NCBI RefSeq assembly: GCF_964355755.1
Contig: NC_092673.1
Coordinates: forward strand, 16,985,648-17,049,647
Direction of reading: 5' to 3'
Origin: Antedon mediterranea
Taxonomy: Eukaryota; Animalia; Echinodermata
DNA: 64,000 nucleotides
The notes below the pieces were generated by a model that saw only the letters and a program-made list of their open reading frames with translations, was not told where the DNA came from and ran no database searches. The stretch's first letter is position 1, and every line of letters begins with the position of its first letter. The translations under genes were made by a program, and so were the position numbers. This document shows, one piece after another, positions 12,601-24,600 of the stretch.

Positions 12601-15600
12601 ACGCCTTGCTTTCAAGACATCAACTGAAGGGAAACCAATGCCTGATGAATTTCCAGCTATCAGTATCTATTACGACTTTAAGGGATATCTGCCAGATGTA
12701 TTGTTTCCATATATGATTATTGATTTCCTCAACAAATTTCAAAAGAAAGGCGATGACCCAATACTCTTGTATAATCATGCTGAACTTTACTTCGACCAAG
12801 ATCATCATGTGACCTTATCTCTTGTCAAATTTGTGACTACGGACGAGGAGGATGAAAGAAAGTTCTTGTTAAAGGTACTGTATCATATAATTTCTTGTGA
12901 TTTAGTCATTTAATCTAAACATAAACTTAAATTCAGATACCAAAACATTACTTTTCTTCTTTTTTCAGGTGACTATTAAAAGAACAAATGTTCCTAATGA
13001 AGCAAGTAATGAAGAACCCTCTTCTGAAGCATGTAAAGAGGTATGTTATTTGATATATCAGTTTTTAAAACTATAAGATTTTTTATAGATATTTTTGTTG
13101 ATTTGATTTTTTTGTAATTATGACATAGTTTAAAATAACTTAAATATTTAAAATCCTGTTTGTGTAGTTTACTTGATGTGTAATATAATTTGTAATTTTT
13201 ATTGATATACATTATTAATTGAATATTAAATTGATTATTGACAATTGATTTATAAAAACATTACATCTTAAACAAATAAATGATATAATCTTAATATTAT
13301 ATAAATTTAAAATACAAACAACTTAAAGTACAGTTATCAAAGCTAGTTTATAAGTGATATTCACTGAAATGAAATTTTTATATGGTCATGAATCTTGGCC
13401 TCAATGCCTGCAATTAAAACTTTATAAACAATAATGAGGTTTATTGTATGGTGACAAGATTTTGTTACATTTTGACAAAATATGTAAAATGTCGATAGTA
13501 GTGATAATTCACCTTATATTTGTATTTTAGGAATTTATTTCAATTATTATTGTTTTACTTTTTCCTTTATAACTATTTTGTATTGTAAATGTTTAGCGAA
13601 CATTTTAAAAATGTGTGCTACATTGTTTAAGTGTTAATTGCATGTTTTTGAATATTAACCTTTATATCTTTAGGTTTTGTTAACGATCCAGAAGTCATTT
13701 GCACCTACTAAAGATGGTGGTAGAAGAGGGATTCAATTCGAGAGATGCATACTTTGTGATATATGTAGTGATACATCAGAAAAGAAACACATTCAAAATC
13801 TTGGTGATTTCCAGGACGAGAAGTTGCCATGCTCCAAAACTGGCACGTATATGAGTATGGATGTTACACGTTACAAACGGCTATTTGGAGGTAAGAATAA
13901 AAACAGAGACAGACAAGTTCGATTTTATTTCACTGAAATATTTACTACTACAACCATTTGGTGTAATGGTTATGTAATCAGCCTTTCAACTAACAATAGT
14001 TTCAGTTGACTAACAATAGAACAGCAACGCCAAAAACAAACGGGTGAATTTGAAAATAATCATCAACAAACTTGTACATTAAATCTAATTATGTTTTAAA
14101 ATTACAAATCACATATTATAACTGTTGCCTCTTGTACAAAAATGAAGTTTTTTGGACAAGTAGTTCTCGAGAAAATGCAATTTCAGTTTACTCAATACTT
14201 TAAGACTGTTCGCTGGCTTTTGAAAATTCTTTTAACACTAGCAGGTCTGAAAATAATTCTAAAAAGTTGTCCAGAATTGGGACCGTGGTCCAGATTGCCT
14301 CCAAAATTTAATGGAAAGATTTTGGGAAAGATCTTGTAATTACTTTTTGAGTTCCTGCTAACAAACAAACAAACAAACACACACGCGATTGACTACATAT
14401 ACCTCCTTGGCGGAGGTAAATAATAAAATTTATGTAAACCGATAAAATGTGGGGAAAAACCTAAATATGAGTTAGTACTAGTACTAAGAGGAATTAATAT
14501 ATCACAGTTAACAGCAGCATTTCACCTAACTCATATTTCATCATATGGCAATACAATTACGTAACGCATATAGCGCTTAACATTTTCAAAATTGATTTTG
14601 GATGAAATTGGAGTACGTTTCAGGCAATTTTAAGCGTTTAAAAAATTGCCATTAGTGCGCAGATTTTTCACAAGCCTTTATTTTAATAATTTCATCATAT
14701 TTTATTCAACTCAAAATTGCGTAATACAAGCACCTCAAAAAGGACAGGCTAGGCACGTGTAAGTTAACAAAATGGTGAAAATATGCCAAGTTTTATAATT
14801 AATATAGGTCGTTTGAATGCTCGGGAACACCCATTTTGCATTTCATTTTCTTAAAGTGTATGTATCATATGTATGATTTATTATGAAATTAAAGGGGGGT
14901 TCCGGGTTTAAAATGAATAGTAAAAAATGTAAAATATATTTGTTTGTCTCTTGAACGGTAAAAGTTTCAATTTATATAAGCGCCCAGTGAAGCAGAACGA
15001 AGGCTGTGAAATAAGGCCAGATTACAAGTGCAGCTACGGCGATATGACACTGTGTTACCAGAATAGGAAATTCGTGAAATGGTCAATCTTCCGACGACCC
15101 GTTATCATTAACCATATCAATTACTTTTGTAAAATTATACTTATCTGATGTAATTTTAGTCGGTCTTTCCATTTATAAAGTCAATGTTCTATGAAAATTC
15201 ATCAAAACAGTGAAAAATTAGATATGTTTGCACTTTACGTTTGCCGATTTTCGCACTGACTTAGGGAGGGCCTTCAAAATCAATGAAGCGTAACGTATAC
15301 ATTCCTGCTGAGCGAGGAGGAGAGAGCGAGACGACGATCGATACACGTGCTCTACCCTATACCACTTGCCCGCCTGGCAGCGTCACGTGATAAGCAGATA
15401 CAGTATACAATACCAAACTGGTCGGGTCGAGTATACCCCGTCTATAATTACAACATGAACGATGTACAGTATTTGATTGAAGGTCGACTCGACCTACCGA
15501 AATGGTATAGATAATATAGCTCGAATGAGAGAGTTGGAATATTTGTAAACATAAGTATTGCTAATTTTAAGAAGTGTAGCCTAGTAAAAGGCCTGGTAGT

Positions 15601-18600
15601 ATCAATTCGCATAGGGTCTACTACACTAGCTAGCTCAATTTTTAACTGGGCCGGATCGGCTAGGTCTCCTTCCTACTACCTGGTCTACTTGCTTGATGCA
15701 GTAGTATCCGCTTTTTTGGAGAGTAAACTAGGCCTATTTTAGGCCTACTTAGACGATCGGGAAACCATACGTGCGGACGGCGATATTTACAGCCGATTTT
15801 GTAGAATGTTTTAGGTTTAGATTGTTTAGGAGTTTGGTTGATAGGATGGGTTTGGAATCCACTGAGATTTGTTATTTATGGGCCAATCGTTTAGTAGTGG
15901 GCCAATCGTTTAGTAGTAGGCTAGCTAGGCCCATGATGGGCCCCAATGTTTTAGCGTTTTAATCCCTAGTCAGAATGGCTCTCACCCATGAAACAAAATG
16001 ATTTAGGCTAGGCCTAGCCTAGTACGTGAAGCCGATAATACGATCTGTACTATTCAAGGTATAAAAATAGTATATAATTTATGACTCCGTAATCTGTACT
16101 AAGTTTTGTATTTCATTAAATGTCAAATAAATAGTTATGCTACTACTGTTATTATTGCACTTTAGGCATAGCTTAGAAAATCTACAAAAAATGTATTTCA
16201 CAATGATCGGGTGGTCGTCGTTTGACAGGAGAGAGAGATTTAGTTGACAAACGCAACGTACATGACGTCGCGAGTTTGGAATCCACTGATGACGCGATTT
16301 TGTGAATATCTCATGAATATTAATGAGCTTCCCTAAGCTGCTGAAAAACAGACTTTCCATGAATTTACCCTAAAATGTATATGAAATTTTATTTTTTTAA
16401 TTTCTCGTTATTATTTCTTCATTCTGACATGTCTATATTGTTATAATATTTTTTATTTAATAAATAAACGATATTTAAAAGCAATTTTAAACCCAGAATC
16501 CCCCTTTAAGTCATCACTAATTGCATATTAAATTTTCAAAAATTAATTTTGACAATCAAACAAATTATGACATTTTCTTGGGCCGAAATAACAAACTAAA
16601 CATTAACTTTCTTCCGTAAATACACTTTTAGTCAGTTGCATGGCTCGGTGGTCTGTGCTCGTGTCTATGGCATTCAAGGTACCGAGATCGAGTTTCACCT
16701 TGGGGACGAAACGAAATAAGATTTTTTTTTATATCCGTATTGTTTGTTCAATTTTATTTCTTAGTGTATAGATTATACACATGATACACATGATTTATAA
16801 TGAAATCTAGATAAAAAGTAACTTTTATCTTTATTATTATGTAACAAATGTGGTCTATGACATTATACGCAGAGGGATATTGATCAACAACATCGGCAAG
16901 GGTTCGAGGCCGACTCGCTCCTAGTTCTGGTGGTGGAACAAGTCTTCTCGGATAAGGACTATAAACCGTAGGTCCAGTGTACACAGTTATAACCTGTGTG
17001 TACTTTAAAGAAACCCAGTTCATTATTCGAAAAAGAGTAGGGGGTTACCCCGGTGAACTGGTTCACACAATAGCCCCTGTATCAGGGGGATTACCACCTA
17101 TCCTATAGGACAGTGATTAATTCACTATTGGTAATCCTTGGCCACATTGCCTAAAGACATAAAATAAAATAAATAAATAAATAACATGCTGCTAATAGCT
17201 GTGATATCTTCATTCCTCTTACCAGTAGCAGTACTATCAGAATCATTATTGATAATCTATACATTGTTACAACATGCTGCTATTAGCTGTGATATCTTCA
17301 ATCCTCTTACCAGTAGTATAGTACTATCAGAATCATCAGGCCCGTAGCCAGGGGGGGTTTTATGGTTCAGGCGAACCCCCCTTTACAGCGAACCCCCTTA
17401 ACCAACTGCGAACCCCCATCCCCGACATGCCCAATACCTCACCCTCATCTCCAAAAATCCTCCAAATACGTGCCCCACAGTACAAAAAGTTGTTTGTAAA
17501 TTGAAAAATTCGTAAACTTGTTCGTGAACCTTCTTCTCTGTATGAGCGTCAACTAGTGATACGTGTCTGTAAATTTCTAAAAGCTGCAAATGAATTGCCG
17601 ATTTTAACCTAAAAAATAAATGTTTGGTCCCTGCATGTAACATGATATTGACGCGTCTCATAGCGAGCTGGCGCACGAACGATTCGTACAAAGGACACCG
17701 CCAGACAAACTGCGTACCTATAATTGTTTAGATCACTGGCAGTCAGGCAGCATGCATAAAGTATATAGCCTTCCGACGTACATCAGTATTTATGTGTGAC
17801 TATGAAGTATAATGTATCATAGAGGATTATAGTGAATATTAATATTTTACACTATAATATCTATGGTATCAAGTACTGTAGTTCACATTATGGCATCCGA
17901 TTATTTTTATTTTTTTCTAGACCACCAGCCGATACGTACTAAAATGTATCAATATCACCTATTTACATATTTATATTCCTCAACAAATTTCTGTAAATAA
18001 ATATTATAGATAGAGCTAGCAAATAGCATTTGCCTTCGCCCAGTGTGCTTTTTTCGGGGCTGCTCCTAGATATACGTTCGCATTGAACTTGAACGCAAAA
18101 CAAAATACGGAGTGAATGATCAAACAATCGGCGGTTCCGCACAGAGCACGCGCATCTAACATACGGCAACAAATAGTTATCGTCATTTAAATTATCGACG
18201 TGTTTGAGGAGGAGGAAAAAAGTACGATCTTTTTGCTCATTGGTTATATAGCATGCTGCACGAGAGTGTCTTTCCCGGCCATCTAGGGGTGTCATTTAAC
18301 AAAATTCGCTTCGCATCAGGCTGGGGGAGGGGGGGGGGGGTTTGACCCAAATATTTAGTGTCCGAACCCCCCCTTGACAGATCCTGGCTACGGCCCTGAT
18401 CATTATTGATAATCTATACATTGTTACAACAAGCGGCTATTAGCTGTGATATCTTCAATCCTCTTACCAGTAGTAGTACTAGCAGAACCATTATTGATAA
18501 TAGCTGTGACATCTTGTAAAGTGGATAAATATTTTTTATTTTATTTGCAGACGAAAGTTGGCCAAAAGAAAGGAGAGGAAGAAAAACGGATCAAGGTAAT

Positions 18601-21600
18601 TGATTGAAATATGTTGGTAAATAAGTAGAGAGAGAGAGAAAATAAAAACAAATTTAATATTTACAACATCTCAAACTGGTTTTGATTAGAATTGGGGGAA
18701 ACATCTCTTGGTATCTTTATTTTATTTTAATCCTTAACCATAAAACATACAAAACAAATAAAAATCCATAGCAGCCAAAAAAGCTGAATTGGGGATTTGT
18801 TACAAAGGCCAAATTTTTACAAATTATAAATTTCACATATTTTTTTTCAAATTAATATTATAAATATTAAACAATTTAAAAATTACACATAAAAGCAAGC
18901 AAAAGGCACAAAGAAGCGTTTTGCTAAGAAAAAAAAAAACATGTAAAGTCATTATTATTTAAGAATTAAGCAGACAAGTGAGATATAGAAGAAGCGGTCA
19001 TTTATTATATCTGGATAATGAGACCAAATTGTCCATATGCATTTTATCATATTTTAACTTTTAATCGCTTTTTAAAGATTTTGTGCAATAATGTGTGTGT
19101 TCTATATTTTAATTTTTTGTTTATATTTTATATATATATCGGTTTTTTATCGTACTAATATTTGCCAATCTTTAAGAAGAATTTCTTAAATTGTTATTTT
19201 ATTATGATAATGGACAAATAAAGCTTTTCAATATTTCATTAATTTTTCATTTGCAGGAAATACAATGGCAGATTCTGAAACTTTGGACAGTTTCCGAGAC
19301 CTAAAAGGTGGTCTCAGTGGGTACTTTGATGGTGAAAGATACCATTGGCTGAGGTTCCTACTATTTGATCAATTGGATGTCGGGGACCTTACAAATCCAC
19401 ATTGCAATGGACATGACTTACTCAATACACTTGAAGACAAAGGTTTCATCTCACCAACCAATGTTAACTTGCTGTTAGAGATTACAAATACATCTGAAAT
19501 CCAACAGGCCAAAGATCTTGTATCAAAGTATATGAGAGACAACAACATTCAGGATAGACATACTGATAGAACCAAGTTGTCGTCTTACAGAAAGCGACTG
19601 TTCAAGGCCCTGAAACAAGTTGACCCAGATGCATTACGTAATGTTACTGCTTACTATGACTTGACAAAATATAACGTCTCCAATGTATGGGATGCAGTTC
19701 TCTATCTGGAGAATGATAAACAATTAGTAGATGATTTTGACAAAATACAGAGGTTTGCAGAACGTCTTGGTGGAATAGCAAGCAACACACTACTTGGTAA
19801 TGGTATTTAATATTCTTACAAACTATTCCAAAGTTAATTGTAATGTAACTATTCATATCTTTCATTTGTTTTAAAATTTTACATGATTTAATTTCATTGT
19901 TTATATACTATACAAGTTGATAATGTATTGATTATTTTATTTATTAACTGATTATGTAATAGTGGGAAGAATGAGACTGATGAATATGACAAGATAGTGA
20001 TAATAAAGACATTGCTTTACTAATATAGGATAATGTCATAAACACAAAAATATGTTGATGAAGAATTTGGAATTTTGTAATTTGGAAAACTGATTATAGA
20101 TATAGAAAATGTAACTGAAAATTGTGTTTGAAAATTGTAAATACTGGACTAACTAACAACAACAACCCCCCCCCCCCCCCCACCTTTGGCTGGCTGACCC
20201 CTCCCCTGGGGGTAATCTATAAGAAATTTAGAAAAATGAAGCTGCTAGGTCTCCGGAAATTGCACTTATACATTGATATGATACAAAATTACCATTGTTG
20301 GGGGTGAGCTAAGAAAATTTTGAAAATTAGAGCTGTTAGGTCCCCGGAAACTCTATGGTTGGGTCTGAGCTAAGACAATTTTGAAAACTAGAGCTGCAGG
20401 TCTACAAAAATTACACTCATACATTGAAAATGGTGGAGGGAAAATTTGAAAATATGAAAAATTCATATTATTAAATTATCTGTTTTAAAAACAAATTCAC
20501 TGAAATAAATGTAAATGTTTGTGTATATTAAATGATAAATAAGTTATTGCCATCTGTCACAATTTAAATCCCCATGTTATTAAAATAATACTAATGACAA
20601 TGGCAGTAAAATAAGAAATAATTGATTATACTTACTTGGATAAAACATGCAAAATTGTATTATTTCACAAGATTCCAAAAAAACCCTACTTTTTTCACAG
20701 ATGTGCAAGATGGTTCAGTGACCTCTGCATTACCACAGTCTGATATCCAAGGCAGTCAACAAGGTAGGATCCACTGGTTAATTCCAGAGGTTAATCATCT
20801 AAGTGGTTACATTTTAAAATAAAACTTAATAGACATATTATAATATAACTGTAGCACATTTTGAGTTATTCAAACTGTATACATTTTAGATGAAAATGTA
20901 TAGTTATGTTACTCTCCAAAATGAACATAAAATGTATAGTTATGTTACTCTCCAAAATGAACATAAAATGATGAACATAAACAGTCATTTATTTGTGTGT
21001 CACTCATACAAAATAAAAAGCTTTGTCATTAAAATGTGTAATGTATAACTGTCTTTTTTTTATTTTTGTTGAACAGAATTAACAAAGCTATTAGCATCAG
21101 ATTCACCAGTTACTGTTAATGAGGAATTAAAAACACAAATGAAGAAAGTGATGATTAAGGAACAGGAAAGAAAACTTGAAGCAGAGAGCGGTGAGTTAAG
21201 GATCATAAATTAATTTACTTTTTATTTCGTCACCACTCAACAGTGACACAAGTCAAGTCAATTGCAAAGTTCAACAATAGAAAATGATGAACATATTTAA
21301 ACATAATTATATAAACAAAATCCAAAGATAAGGAATATTGTTATCAAAAGAACTGGAAAGAAAAAATAGACGCATTAGAAAATACCCTAAAAACATGGGA
21401 GAAAAGACACCTCACTTTTTTTGGAAGAATTACTATTGTAAAAACATTAGCGCTCTCAAAAATTATATACAATTCCTGCATTTTGCTAGTACCAGAAAAA
21501 GTAATAAAAGAGGTGGATAAATTAATTTTTAAATTAATTTGGGAAACTAAGAAAGAGAAAATAAAAAGAAAAACCATGTGTGCCAATTACAGTCAAGGTG

Positions 21601-24600
21601 GTCTAAAAATGGTAGAATTCAGATCTCGGGTAATATCTTTCCAAGTTAAATGGTACAGGAGACTGTATGAAAACGATGATGCCAAATGGAAATATTTACC
21701 TACATTTTATATAGAAAAGATAGGCCCAAAATCATTAACCTCAAATTTATCAAAAGTTTCGTGTAATATATCCGTACCACCATTTTACCTCTCAGTTATT
21801 AAGTCTATAGCAGTAGCTAATGCTTGTAATAATAGATTAAATAAGGAACCAATAAGCTATGATGACATTATTAATCAATCATTATGGGGTAATGAGTTTA
21901 TATGTATTAAAAAGAAGCCGTTATATAACTGTAACTGGATTAGTTCAGGGTTTTTAAAAATATATGATGTAATAAATAATAATGTGTTTAAGCCTGCGAT
22001 AGAGATAAAAAGAAGGTTAAGATGTACACAAAATTGGATCAGTGAATATTCATGTATATTGAAAGCCATTCCAAAAGAATGGAAATGTATTTTAAAATCA
22101 ACACATGACATTAATGTAAATGATATACCTATTACAAACAATAAGGTCTTAAATATGACGTCTAGACAATTATATAGATTCATAATAGATGCTCAATATA
22201 TTACACCTACGGCACAGGTTAAGTGGGAATCCATATTTGGTAATATGCCATGGACAAAAATATGGGTTAAGAAAGTTTCTGGTCTTAAAGAAAAAAAACT
22301 GGCACATTTTAATTTTAAATTGTTGCACAGAATATTGCCAACAAATGAAAGATTACATAGGCTTGTAAATTCCCCATGTTGTGACACATGCAATGTTATT
22401 GAGAATGATAAACATATGTTAGTAGAGTGCATAACAGTAAAATGTTTATGGAGAGAGATAAACGAAATAATTAGAGCAGTAAGCATACATATTCCTGTTT
22501 TTTCTTTCAAAAGACTTTTATTTGAAACTGACAATAATTACGTAAATAAATTATACACTTTAGGAGCATTTTGTATTTATAAAGTAAAGATATTAAGTTT
22601 ATTGGAAAAAGAAAAAAAAATCAATCTCCTACAAATGTTTAAATCTGAAAAAAAGATAAGAAATATGTAAATCTGCAGGTATACTGTATATGCTCAACCA
22701 GATTAAGGAAGAAAATATGTAAATGAGATACCATGAATGATGAATCTATTACTGTATGTTTTTTTTTTTTTTTTTCTTGCTACTATAGTGTATGTTTTGT
22801 AAATATGTATACCTTGATGATTTGAAAACAAAAAGACAAAATGTGAAAAGCTTTTTATAGATTGATGATAAAAAAATGATGAAGGATAAGAAGGTTTAGG
22901 TTTAAGTGGTGAAGTGTTTTCATCAAAGCTTTCATATTATAGGTATATACCGTATATATGTAATTTGCACATTCTTACTGCATGTGGAATTTTGAAATGA
23001 TAAAATGGTTAAAAAGAAAAAAAAATGTCTAATTTTTTTAATGGATCATTAAACACAAATGTTGTTAAATGATAATGTATGTATAAAAAAAATAATAGAA
23101 TAAATAATAAGTAAAAAAAAATAATTGAATGAACCCACATAGGAAAAAAAAAGTTAAATGAAACTTTGATGGGTTATACTGTAGATGCAAAAAAGGATAA
23201 TCTGTTGGAAATAAATTTTGTAAACATTTAAAGATAAAAAAAATCAATGTTAAAGGATGAGGAAAATATAATGTTAACAGTAAAAAGTTAGTAAGTAATT
23301 AGTATAACAGAGAATATGCACTGTTTAAATGAAAATATGTTTGCATAGATAAATCCAAAGAAAAATAAAATGGGACAAACCCATGGGATGGATTTATTAA
23401 ACATAAACGTATTATAATTGTATGAAATAAATATGCATGTAGATGAAAAAAAAACAAAAACAACTATGTAAGAAAAAATAAGCTTTGTTAATGAAAATGT
23501 GTTATAGATAATATGTATAAAAAGAGGAAACTATGTAATCAATGTGGTTAAATGATAATGTATGTATAAACAAAATAATATATGGAAATAGTTTTTTTTT
23601 TTTTTTTTTAAAGAAAATAAGTAAAAAAAAAAAGTGGAATGAATCCACATAAGAGAAGAAAGTAAAAAAGTTAAATGAAAATTTAAGAAGTTATAGATGC
23701 AAAAAAGGATCTGCTGGAAATAAAAGTTTTGTAAACATTAAAGAACAAAAATATTAATATTAATGTTAAAGGATGAGAACAATATTATGTTAACAGTAAA
23801 CATTTAGTAAGTAATGAGTATAACAGAGAATATGCATTGTTAAATGAAAATGTGGTAGATGAAAAAATCAAAAACAACTATGTAAGAAAAAAATAAGCTT
23901 GTTAATGAAAATGTGTTACAGATAATATGTTTAAAAAGAGGAAGCTATGTAATCAATGTGATAATATGTAAACAAATGAATAAAACTCTTTAAATAAGTA
24001 TATGTAAACAGATGATTAAACAAACATTGTAAATATAATGATATGTATAGTGTATAGTGAAAAATATATGTAAAGAGAACAGTGGTATGGAAATAAAAGT
24101 GGGATGAACCCACATAAGATAAAAAAAAAAAAAATCCAAAGCTCTGTCTTACGCTGGCCTTTAATATACTGTTCAACGTATACTAACAATAACTGTCTTT
24201 TCTGGATTTTTTTATTGAACAGAAGTGACAAAGCAGTTTCCATTGGATTCATCAGATACTCTTAGTGATGAATTTCAAACACAAGTAGAGGAAGAGGAAA
24301 TTAAACCTGAACCAGAGAGTGGTGAGTCTCATAAAATATTAGTTCAGTTATTAATATGGTTAAAATAACTTTAAATGTGATTTTATAGAATGGATTTCAG
24401 CTAAATTCTTTTTCATATCCTTTTTTTTATTTCAACATTTATTCAAAAAAAGAAAGTCCTTATAAACAGAAATATAAAGTGGTATTAGCTTTTAATTTTG
24501 TTCATACTTATTAGGCTAACATCATAATTTCATTCATTCATTTATTGCCAGGAAAAAACTACAAAATGACATTAACAATAGGAGGTTTAAAAAATAAAAT

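Noticed and set aside
19265-19810. Stand-alone 181-aa DED gene
   Set aside because: A strong in-phase acceptor 8 nt upstream and a phase-1 donor at 19797 link it to flanking exons; independence is not excluded without transcripts.
21483-22670. 395-aa ORF as a host gene
   Set aside because: Intronless Tx1/L1 ORF2 C-terminus with zf-RVT; a truncated retrotransposon.
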